From contig CAWFDF010000003.1 of assembly GCA_963814585.1 (NCBI GenBank), forward strand, positions 448,001-512,000: a stretch of DNA of 64,000 bases, read 5' to 3'. Below the pieces are notes generated by a model that was given only the letters and a program-made list of their open reading frames with translations, did not search any database and was not told the origin of the DNA. The stretch comes from an uncultured delta proteobacterium. GTDB lineage: Bacteria > Myxococcota > Myxococcia > Myxococcales > Anaeromyxobacteraceae. Shown here piece after piece: positions 22,145 to 33,341 of this stretch. How positions within the stretch are numbered: position 1 is the first letter of the stretch; each line of letters opens with the position of its first letter. A program made the position numbers and the translations under genes.

Positions 22145-23465
22145 GCCTCAGGTCCATCACGTTGGTCCGGGTGGGCCCGGTGGTGACCAGGTCGCCGAGG
22201 CGGTGGAAGAACGGGTAGGCGTCGTGGCCATCCAGCGCGGCGAGCGGGTCCAGGCCGGCGGCGCGGGCCCGCCCGACGGTGTCGCCGTCCGCGAACGCGC
22301 CGGCCGCGTCGGTCGGCCCGTCGCTCCCATCGGTGCCGGCCGACAGGATCGCCATCCGCTCCAGCCCCTCGATCCCGAGCGCCGCGGCCAGGGCGAACTC
22401 CTGGTTGCGGCCGCCCTTCCCGTGCCCACGCAGGGTCACGGTGGTCTCGCCGCCGGAGAGGACGCAGGCGGGGCGGCGCAGCGGCCGCCCCCGGGCCGCC
22501 AGCTCGCGGGCGATGGCCGCGTGCACGCCGGCCACCTCGCGCGTCTCGCCGGTGACGGTGGTGGAGAGCACCAGCGGCCGGTAGCCCAGGGCCCTGGCCC
22601 GGCGCGCCGCCGCGGCCACCGCCAGCGCGTTGGTCCCGACCATGAGGTCGACCGCCCGCGCGAAGACCTCGTCCCCGGGCTTGGGCGTCTCGGCGAGCTC
22701 GCCGCGGGCGCCGGCCTCCAGGCGGGTCCGGATCGAGGTCGGGACCCGGGCGGTGATGCCATGGCGAGCCAGCACCTCGCGCGCCTCCGCGAAGGTGGTC
22801 GGATCCGCCACGGTGGGTCCGGAGGCGATGACGTCGAGCGGGTCGCCCACCACGTCGGAGAGGACCAGCGTGAGCAGGGCCGCCGGCCGGGCCAGGCGCG
22901 CCAGGCCGCCCCCCTTCAGCACCGAGAGGTGCTTCCGCACGCAGTTGATCTCCCCGATGGTCGCCCCGCAGCCGAGCAGGAGCCGGGTCACCTCCTGCTT
23001 CTCCTCCAGCGAGATCCCCCCGGCCGGGCTCGGCAGCAGGGACGAGCCGCCGCCGGAGAGGACGCAGATCACCAGGTCCCCGGCGCGCACCGAGCCGAGG
23101 CGCGCCGCCAGGTCCCGCGACGCCTGCACCCCGGCCTGGTCCGGCACCGGGTGGCCCGCCTCGCGCAGCTCCACCGCGCGGAGCGGCTCGCCGTGTCCGT
23201 ACTTGGTGACGACCAGGCCGCCCGCCAGCCGGGCTCCGACGACCTCCTCGACGGCCCGGGCCATGGGCGCCGCGGCCTTGCCGGCCCCGACCACCCAGAC
23301 CCGGCCGCCGCGGGCCAGCGCCAGCGGGCGGCCGCCGGCCAGGAGCACGCCGCCCCGCCGCCGCAGGTGCGCTCGCACCGCCCGGCGCGGCTCGACCGCG
23401 GCCACGCCGGCCATGAAGATCGCGGTCGCGTCGCGCCTCAGGTCTCGCTTCCGGCTCGCCGCCAC
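22125..23465 (-). CDS. Glycerate 2-kinase (MOFRL family)
   Basis: GAGKAAAPM, AGHPVPD, LSGGGSSLL, RKHLSVLKGG, SDVVGD, SGGETTV, GGRNQE, GTDGSDG and TGPTRTNVMD. Confidence 0.9.
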   Translation of the reverse strand: MAASRKRDLRRDATAIFMAGVAAVEPRRAVRAHLRRRGGVLLAGGRPLALARGGRVWVVGAGKAAAPMARAVEEVVGARLAGGLVVTKYGHGEPLRAVELREAGHPVPDQAGVQASRDLAARLGSVRAGDLVICVLSGGGSSLLPSPAGGISLEEKQEVTRLLLGCGATIGEINCVRKHLSVLKGGGLARLARPAALLTLVLSDVVGDPLDVIASGPTVADPTTFAEAREVLARHGITARVPTSIRTRLEAGARGELAETPKPGDEVFARAVDLMVGTNALAVAAAARRARALGYRPLVLSTTVTGETREVAGVHAAIARELAARGRPLRRPACVLSGGETTVTLRGHGKGGRNQEFALAAALGIEGLERMAILSAGTDGSDGPTDAAGAFADGDTVGRARAAGLDPLAALDGHDAYPFFHRLGDLVTTGPTRTNVMDLRLILASR

Positions 23466-23653
23466 GTCTCACCTCCACGCGCTCAGGATCGGCCCCACCG
23501 CCGCCGCCCGGACCACCTCCGGCGCCGCCGGTCCCCTGGGCCGGCCGCTGACGGCCAGCAGCATGCCCTACCCTACGATGGGGTGCTCGCCTCATCGGGC
23601 GGGGCGTGGCAGCATCGCCCCGCCGATCACGGCCCTGACCCAGGAGCACCACC

Positions 23654-23932
23654 ATGAAGCGGATCGCCCTCGCCCTCGCCCTCGTCGCGCTCGCCACCCC
23701 GGCCCTCGCCGCGCAGCCCCGGACCTACCAGGTGACCGGCCCGGTGCTCGAGCTCACCGCCGACACCATCACCGTGCAGAAGGGGAGCGAGAAGTGGGAG
23801 ATCGCCCGCACCGCCGACACCAAGGTGACCGGCGAGCTCAAGAAGGGCGACAAGGTCACCATCGAGTACCGCATGACCGCGGCCAGCATCGAGTCGAAGG
23901 CGGCGCCGGCCAAGGCCCCGGCCAAGAAGTAG
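23654..23932 (+). CDS. Small secreted beta-rich (OB-fold-like) protein
   Basis: Signal peptide MKRIALALALVALATPALA, RBS AGGAG, YQVTGPVLE...LKKGDKVTIEY. Confidence 0.75.
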   Translation: MKRIALALALVALATPALAAQPRTYQVTGPVLELTADTITVQKGSEKWEIARTADTKVTGELKKGDKVTIEYRMTAASIESKAAPAKAPAKK

Positions 23933-23950
23933 CCGGCGGGAGGGGCGCGC

Positions 23951-25195
23951 TCAGCGCCAGGCGACCAGGCGGGTGGCCTCGACCCCTCGCGCCTCGGCGA
24001 GGTGATCGGCGAAGTAGGCGGCCAGGGCCTCGCGCGCCACCCAGGGCGCGCGCACGCGCCAGAGCGGCCCGTTGATCACCACGCTGGCCACCACCACCTG
24101 CGGGTCCTCCGCCGGCGCGTAGCCGACGAACCAGGTGTGGTCGCGGAACGGCCTCTGCTCGTTGAGCGACCCGGTCTTGCCGGCGACGCGGACGCCGCGC
24201 AGCTCGCGCGGCGGCCTGGAGAAGGCCCGCTGCGCCGTGCCGCGGGTCACGGTCTCGCGCATCATGGCGCCCAGCGCCTCGGCGACGCGCTCGTCGATGA
24301 TCCGCATCGGCTCCGCCAGGGGCGGCGCCGGCTCGGTCCCCTGCACCAGCTCCACCACCCAGGGCGGCACCAGCACGCCGCGGTTGGCGACCACCGCGCC
24401 CAGCATGGCGGCGTGAAGCGCCGAGAGCCGCACGTCGCCGAAGCCGGCGGCGGTGTTGGCGAGCCCGAAGCGATCCCTGGGGATCTCGGCGCGCGACAGC
24501 TCGACCGGCGCCGGGAAGGGGATGGTGGCGTTGAAGAGGAAGCGGTCGGCGGTGGCGCGCAGCACCTCGGGCGTCAGGCCTCGATCGGCCAGCTTGGCGA
24601 ACACCACGTTGGCGCTGAACCCGAAGGCGGTGGAGAGCGGCAGGCAGGCGTTGTCGCGGCGGGAGTCGTCGTCGAGCAGGCGCGGGGCGAGCCGCTGGAG
24701 GCCGCCGTGGTAGCAGACCGGCTCCCCCGGAGAGTAGCCCTGCTCCAGGAGCGCCGCGGCGGTGACGATCTTGAAGATGGAGGCGGCCGGGGAGAGCGCC
24801 CGCAGCGAGAGGTTGCTGGCGCGCGGGTCGGCGCGCGAGTGCTCGGCCATGGCCAGCACCCGCCCGGTGCGTGGATCGAGCAGCACGGTCGCGCCGTAGG
24901 GAACGTCGTAGCTGGTGAGGGTCCGCTCCAGCTTCCGCTGCAGCCGGGGGTCGAGGGTCAGCACCGCTTCGCCGTCGCCCCAGGGCGCCAGGTAGCGGCC
25001 GGAGACGGTGTCGAGGTGGCGCCGCCCCAGGACCGGCGCGGGCCGGACCGGGGCGGGACGGGCCAGCGCGCCCGGGGCTCCGGCCGCCACGGCGCGCCCG
25101 GCGCCGTCCTCAGGCTGCTGGGCGGACGCCGGCGCCACCGCCAGCAGGCAGGTGGCCGCCATCGCGAGCGGGAGGTGGAGCCGGTGCGGTGCCAT
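23951..25195 (-). CDS. Penicillin-binding protein, transpeptidase domain only
   Basis: SxxK (ASIFK), SxN (SAN) and KTG (GKTGS) motifs with an N-terminal signal peptide. Confidence 0.85.
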   Translation of the reverse strand: MAPHRLHLPLAMAATCLLAVAPASAQQPEDGAGRAVAAGAPGALARPAPVRPAPVLGRRHLDTVSGRYLAPWGDGEAVLTLDPRLQRKLERTLTSYDVPYGATVLLDPRTGRVLAMAEHSRADPRASNLSLRALSPAASIFKIVTAAALLEQGYSPGEPVCYHGGLQRLAPRLLDDDSRRDNACLPLSTAFGFSANVVFAKLADRGLTPEVLRATADRFLFNATIPFPAPVELSRAEIPRDRFGLANTAAGFGDVRLSALHAAMLGAVVANRGVLVPPWVVELVQGTEPAPPLAEPMRIIDERVAEALGAMMRETVTRGTAQRAFSRPPRELRGVRVAGKTGSLNEQRPFRDHTWFVGYAPAEDPQVVVASVVINGPLWRVRAPWVAREALAAYFADHLAEARGVEATRLVAWR

Positions 25196-25275
25196 GGGGT
25201 CGAGCCACGGCAGTCTGCCCGATCATCGGACCCGGATCAAAGACGTGGCGGCCGGATCTCCCTCCGCCCGGCCCC

Positions 25276-28110
<2,835 letters not shown>

Positions 28111-28241
28111 GACCACCTCGTGCCGCGACCCGCCGCGTGCCGGGTGCGGTGCGTGGAACGGTGCCGTCAGGCAGAGGATGCCCCATCGGCGCTGCCGCGG
28201 CGTGTCCCACGGCCGGGTCGACCCATTCGTGATGGTGACCG

Positions 28242-28255
28242 TTGACCCCGGTCAA
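28242..28255. promoter_or_regulatory. FNR/CRP-family-like palindrome upstream of ppdK
   Basis: TTGAC-CCCG-GTCAA, about 130 bp upstream of the ppdK start. Same half-sites as the box at 57702-57715. Confidence 0.55.
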
Positions 28256-28270
28256 GGAGGGACCGGGGCT

Positions 28271-29332
28271 CTAGATCCGCAGCTGCTCCACGCGCGCCTC
28301 GTCCCGCTCCGGCTCCACCTCCAGCACCTCGATGGCTCCGTCGGGATCGCGCCACTCCACCTCGACCAGGGGCTCGTCCTTCCCCTTGCCGTAGCGGGCC
28401 ACGATCCGGGCGGCCAGCTGCCGCTCCTCCCAGGTCGGCTCCCCCTCGACCAGCGCCACCGGGCCGGCGTGGACCCTGGCCACCAGCCGCGCCCTGGAGT
28501 CCCCGGCGTAGCTCTCCAGCGTGCCGTTCTCCACCTCGGTGCGCCCGACGATCAGCTTCACCGTCGGCGACAGGCGGAAGTGACGGCCCGTGGTCATCAG
28601 CACCACGTCGTCCCGGTCGATGCGGCGCGGCTCGCCGGCCGCCTCGCGCTGGCCAAGGATGTCGAAGAACTTCCGCGAGAAGCTCTCGTCGGTGAGGAAG
28701 CAGCAGCCGCCGGCCGGCTGCGGCCACTCGGCCAGCCCCATCTCCCTGGCCATGGCGATCTGCCGGGTCCGCCCGCGGCCGCTGAGGTCACCGAGCCTGG
28801 AGCGGTCGAGGAGGCCCTCCTGCTCCGGGATCGAGGGGGGCAGCAGCTTCGCCGAGAGCGGCCGGACCAGCCGGCCCTTCAGCCCCGACTCCCGCTCGAT
28901 GGCCCAGAGCGTGTCGCGCCGCTGGCTCTTGGGGCGCTGCCCCAGCACCTCTCCGGTGAAGACGAAGTCGGCCCCCTCGCGCTCCATCACCTCCTTGGCC
29001 CGCTTCATCATGAAGATGCGGCAGTCGACGCAGGGGTTGGCGTTGGCCCCGTAGCCGTACTTGGGGTGAAGCAGCATGTCGAGGTAGGCGTCGCCGGAGA
29101 TGTCGATGTACTCGATCTCGATCTCCAGGTCGGCGGCGGCGCGCAGGGCCTCGTTCTGCGGGACCGTGCCGTCCTGCCGCCCGCCCTTGCGCCGCTGGGT
29201 CTCGGTGATGCAGAAGCCGGTGTAGAAGTTGATGGCCTTCACCTCGACGCCCTGGGCGCGGACCATGGCCAGGGCCAGCGTGGAGTCGAGTCCGCCCGAG
29301 ATCATCGCGATGGCCTTCCCCGGCTTCTTCAT
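28271..29332 (-). CDS. PP-loop tRNA sulfurtransferase-like protein (ThiI/MnmA-like, no THUMP domain)
   Basis: SGGLDS PP-loop, NPCVDCRIFM, TGEVLGQRPKSQ and PAGGCCFLTD. The real start is MKKPGKA at 29332; the rest of ORF 28271..30568 is a shadow frame. Confidence 0.8.
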   Translation of the reverse strand: MKKPGKAIAMISGGLDSTLALAMVRAQGVEVKAINFYTGFCITETQRRKGGRQDGTVPQNEALRAAADLEIEIEYIDISGDAYLDMLLHPKYGYGANANPCVDCRIFMMKRAKEVMEREGADFVFTGEVLGQRPKSQRRDTLWAIERESGLKGRLVRPLSAKLLPPSIPEQEGLLDRSRLGDLSGRGRTRQIAMAREMGLAEWPQPAGGCCFLTDESFSRKFFDILGQREAAGEPRRIDRDDVVLMTTGRHFRLSPTVKLIVGRTEVENGTLESYAGDSRARLVARVHAGPVALVEGEPTWEERQLAARIVARYGKGKDEPLVEVEWRDPDGAIEVLEVEPERDEARVEQLRI

Positions 29333-29340
29333 GGTCGTCC

Positions 29341-29613
29341 TCACGGCGTGCGGCGCGGCGGCCGGGGCCGCTTGCGCAGGTAGCTCTTCCAGCTGGCGCC
29401 GTCGCGGAAGGTGGCCAGGTGCTCGTGCCGCATCGCCTTGCACCACATGGGCATGTCGGTGGCGATCCCGGGGTCGGTGGCGATCACCAGCAGCACGTCG
29501 CCGTCGGCCAGCCCCTTCACCACCGCCGCGGTCCGGACGATGGGGATCGGGCACAGCAGCCCCGAGGTGTCGAGGACCTGGATCGGCTCCGGCAGGGCGT
29601 CGAGTGGCGGCAT
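29341..29613 (-). CDS. TusA/SirA family sulfur carrier
   Basis: LDTSGLLCPIPIV...GDVLLVIATDPG...DMPMWC. Confidence 0.88.
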   Translation of the reverse strand: MPPLDALPEPIQVLDTSGLLCPIPIVRTAAVVKGLADGDVLLVIATDPGIATDMPMWCKAMRHEHLATFRDGASWKSYLRKRPRPPRRTP

Positions 29614-29705
29614 CGGGGCCCCCCATAGCGGCTCGCCGGCGCCGCGGCAACCCCGCCGCCGTCGCCTTGCCCCACCGGCACCCGGAGGGTAGTCTCCCGC
29701 CCACC

Positions 29706-30230
29706 GTGCGAGGTCCCCTGCTCCTCACCTGCGCCGCGCTGGCGCTCTCCGCCGGCGCGGGCCGAGCCCAGCCGGCCGGCCCTCCGCCTGCGGCCGCGGC
29801 CGCCTCGCCGTCGGCCCCGTCCGGCCTGGTCTTCGCCGCCTCGCTCGGCGCCGGTGGGGAGACCGGCCTCGCCGTGGGGAAGGCCGGGCTGCTGGAGCTG
29901 GAGGTGGCTGGCGGCTGGGAGCACGAGCCGACGCGGCTCCGCCCCGAGCTGGCCATCGCGGTCGGCGCCGGCACGGAGACCAGCGTCGCCCTCCGCCCCG
30001 GGCTTCGGGCCGGGCTCGCGGAGGTGCCAATCTGGCTCCGCGCCGCCCTCGACTTCTCCACGGCCCGTGACCAGGGGCTCCACGCCCGCTGGCTCCTGCT
30101 GGGCGCGGCCTGGGAGCTCCGGCTCAACTCCCTGCTGGCGCTCGACCTCGGGCTCGACTTCGGCGTGCCGCTGAGCGACACCGCCGGCGTCCCGTTCATG
30201 CTCCGCGGCGGCGGCACCTTCAGGCTCTGA
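29706..30230 (+). CDS. Hypothetical secreted/outer-membrane beta-barrel-like protein
   Basis: Signal peptide, alternating hydrophobic beta strands, C-terminal ...LRGGGTFRL. Confidence 0.6.
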   Translation: MRGPLLLTCAALALSAGAGRAQPAGPPPAAAAASPSAPSGLVFAASLGAGGETGLAVGKAGLLELEVAGGWEHEPTRLRPELAIAVGAGTETSVALRPGLRAGLAEVPIWLRAALDFSTARDQGLHARWLLLGAAWELRLNSLLALDLGLDFGVPLSDTAGVPFMLRGGGTFRL

Positions 30231-30252
30231 GCGCCCGCTCCCGTCGACCTCG

Positions 30253-31298
30253 ATGACCTCCGCCCGGACCACGACCGTCGCCCTCGCCCTCCTGATCGCC
30301 GGCCACGCCGCGGCCGAGGACCTGCCGCCCCCCCGCCGCCTCCCGCCGACGACGTCGCCCTCCCGCCGCCGGCCCCGCGTGGTCCCCGGAGCCCGTCCCC
30401 GGCCGCCACCGCGGCGCCCCAGGGCGGGTCCCCGGCTCCCGGCACGGCCGCCGCCAGGCCGGCGGGCCAGCAGGATCCGCCCGGCGTCATCGGCGACGGG
30501 CCGGTGGCGCCCGCCGGCGTCATGGGCGCGCCGCTCCGTCCCGCGCCGGAGGCCGGCGCCTGGTCCACCTCGATCGCCTCGGGCGTGGCCGGCCGGTGGG
30601 GCGGCTACCAGCTCCAGGCCTCCAAGCCCAACGCGTCGGTGCTCCTCTACTTCGGCGGGCAGGCCGACGGCGCCTGGGCCGAGGGGACGGCGCGGGCGGC
30701 GCGCCTGCGCCTCCGCATGTTCACCGGTGGTGATGGGATGCTCTTCCTCCCCAGCGAGGGCGAGCTCGAGGCCGCCTACATGCTCGGCCGGAGCGAGTTC
30801 CGCTTCGTGCTGGGGCGGATCGAGATGGGCCGCTACCCGGGCCTGGCGGTGCAGACCCTGGTGCAGGCCGCCACCGTCCCCAGCGTCGAGGGCGCCTTCT
30901 CCCTGGCCGGTGACAAGGTGCGGGTCTTCTACGGCGTGACCCCGGTCGAGGCGGCCTACGTCTGGTACGAGGGCGGCGCCCACATCACCTCCTCGCCCGG
31001 CACCACCAGCGAGAACGCCGGGGTCCAGGCGGCCACCGCCGTCCGGCTGCGCGCCACCTTCCTGGTGCCCCCGGCCCTGCTGCTCTCGCTGCAGGGCGAC
31101 TACATGCGGATGTGGGGGCCGGACGACCAGTTCAAGTCGGCGGAGGCCAGCGCCGGCTACGCCCTGCTCGACAAGACGGTCCTGCTCGACGTGCTGGTAC
31201 GCTGGGAGAGCTACACCCGCCGCAGCGGCGACGCCTCGGGCACCATGGTGAAGTCCGATCAGCTCATCGGGATGGCCAGCGCCACCCTCGTCCTCTAG
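30253..31298 (+). CDS. Hypothetical exported beta-rich protein, split by a 1-bp deletion in the C7 run at 30328-30334
   Basis: Signal peptide MTSARTTTVALALLIAGHAAA in one frame. Adding one C joins it to a Pro-rich linker and ORF 30504..31298. Confidence 0.65.
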
Positions 31299-31326
31299 CC
31301 ACCTTCGGCACCACAAGGAGCGGTTC

Positions 31327-33327
31327 ATGAAGCAGGTCAGCTGGATCCTCGCCCTCGTCGTCGGGCTCGCCATCGGCTTCACCTCCAGGACCGCGCTCTA
31401 CGGCGGCGGTCGTCCGACCGCCCAGCCGCCCGCCCAGCCGGGGCCGCGGCCCACCCGCCCGCAGGAGGACCCCCGGGCGGTCTACCGCGTCCCGCTGGAC
31501 GACTCGCCCACCCGCGGCCCGGCCGCCGCGCTGGTGACCATCGTCGAGTCGAGCGACTTCGAGTGCCCCTTCTGCAAGCGCGTCGGACCGACGCTGCAGC
31601 AGCTCGACGAGGCCTACCCCGGCAAGCTCCGCTGGGCCTTCAAGCACAACCCGCTCCCCTTCCACCAGCGGGCCCTCCCCGCCGCCCTGGCCGCCGAGGC
31701 GGCCCGCGAGCAGAAGGGCGAGGCCGGCTTCTGGGCCATGCACGACCGGCTCTTCGAGTCGGCGCCGGCGCTCGACCAGGCCAGCCTCGAGCGGGCGGCC
31801 ACCGCCATCGGCCTCGACCTGGGCCGCTTCCGCGCCGCGCTCGACGGGAAGGCGGCCGAGCCGCGCATCCGCCGCGACCAGGCGCTGGTCACCTCGCTCG
31901 GCGCCGGCGGGACGCCCGCCTTCTTCATCAACGGCCGGAAGGTCTCCGGCGCCCAGCCGTTCGAGAACTTCCGCGTGATCGTGGAGGAGGAGCTGAAGAA
32001 GGCCGAGGCCCTGGTCTCGGCCGGCACGCCGCCGGGCGAGGTCTACGCCCGGGTGCTGCAGGCGGGCGCCACCGCGCCGGTCATGGTGAACGTCCCCGCC
32101 CCGGGCCCGGACAAGGGCGCGCCGGCGGCCCCGCCCGCGCCCCCCGCCCCGCCCCCCAGCCTCCACAAGAAGGTGTCGGTCCGCGCCGACGATCCGGCCC
32201 GCGGCCCGGCCGACGCCAAGCTCACCATCGTCCTCTTCTCCGACTTCCAGTGCCCGTTCTGCGGACGCGTCGAGCCGACGCTCCGACAGCTCGAGGACGC
32301 GTTCAAGGGGCAGGTCCGCGTGGTCTGGAAGCACCAGCCGCTGCCGATGCACCCGAACGCCATGCCGGCGGCGCTGGCCGCCGAGGCGGCCCGCGAGCAG
32401 GGCAGGTTCTGGCCCTTCCACGACCTGCTCATGCAGAACCAGCAGGCGCTCGCCCCCGCCGACCTGGAGCGCGCCGCCGTCGCCGCCCGGCTCGACCTGC
32501 GCCGCTTCAAGGGCGCCATGGCAGGCCCCGCCGCCAAGGCGCGCATCGCCGAGGACCAGGCGCTGGCCGCCTCGGTGGGCGCCAACGGCACGCCCACCAT
32601 GTTCTTCAACTGCCGGCAGGTGGTGGGCGCGGTCCCCTTCGAGGCCATGAGGCCGATCGCCGAGGAGGAGCTGAGGAAGGTCGACGCCCTGCTCGCCAGG
32701 GGAGCCAGGCGGGGCCCGGACCTCTACGGCGCGGCCTGCGACGCCAACGTCTCGGCCGCCCCGGCGCCGGCCGCGGCGGCCGCTCCGGCGGCGGGCAAGG
32801 CGGTGGAGATCCCGATCCGCCCCGACGACCCGGTGAAGGGGAACCCCAGGGCGCCGGTGACGGTGGTGGTCTTCTCCGACTTCCAGTGCCCGTTCTGCGC
32901 CCGGGTCGAGCCGACCCTCAAGCAGGTGGAGCAGGCCTACGGCGCCTCGGTGCGGATCGCCTGGAAGCACAAGCCGCTCCCCTTCCACCCCAACGCCGTC
33001 CCGGCCGCGCTGGCCGCCGAGGCGGCGCGCGAGCAGGGCAAGTTCTGGCCCATGCACGACAAGATGTTCGCGGCCCAGCAGGAGCTCTCGACGGCCGCCT
33101 ACGAGCGCTGGGCGCGCGAGCTCGGGCTCGACCTGGCCCGCTTCAAGGCCGCGCAGGCCAGCGAGAAGCTCAAGGCCCGGGTGCAGGAGGACGACCAGCT
33201 GGCCGCTCGCCTCGGCGTCGACGGCACGCCCACCATGGCGGTCAACGGCGAGCTGGTGGTCGGCGCCGTGCCGTTCGAGAGCCTGAAGGCGGTCATCGAC
33301 CGGAAGCTGGCCGCGGCGACGCGGTAG
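31327..33327 (+). CDS. Triple-domain DsbA/thioredoxin-fold protein
   Basis: Three repeats, each with SDF(E/Q)CPFC, KH(N/Q/K)PLP(F/M)H and GTP cis-Pro motifs. N-terminal signal/TM and AGGAG RBS. Confidence 0.9.
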   Translation: MKQVSWILALVVGLAIGFTSRTALYGGGRPTAQPPAQPGPRPTRPQEDPRAVYRVPLDDSPTRGPAAALVTIVESSDFECPFCKRVGPTLQQLDEAYPGKLRWAFKHNPLPFHQRALPAALAAEAAREQKGEAGFWAMHDRLFESAPALDQASLERAATAIGLDLGRFRAALDGKAAEPRIRRDQALVTSLGAGGTPAFFINGRKVSGAQPFENFRVIVEEELKKAEALVSAGTPPGEVYARVLQAGATAPVMVNVPAPGPDKGAPAAPPAPPAPPPSLHKKVSVRADDPARGPADAKLTIVLFSDFQCPFCGRVEPTLRQLEDAFKGQVRVVWKHQPLPMHPNAMPAALAAEAAREQGRFWPFHDLLMQNQQALAPADLERAAVAARLDLRRFKGAMAGPAAKARIAEDQALAASVGANGTPTMFFNCRQVVGAVPFEAMRPIAEEELRKVDALLARGARRGPDLYGAACDANVSAAPAPAAAAAPAAGKAVEIPIRPDDPVKGNPRAPVTVVVFSDFQCPFCARVEPTLKQVEQAYGASVRIAWKHKPLPFHPNAVPAALAAEAAREQGKFWPMHDKMFAAQQELSTAAYERWARELGLDLARFKAAQASEKLKARVQEDDQLAARLGVDGTPTMAVNGELVVGAVPFESLKAVIDRKLAAATR

Positions 33328-33341
33328 TCCCCGGCCCGGGG

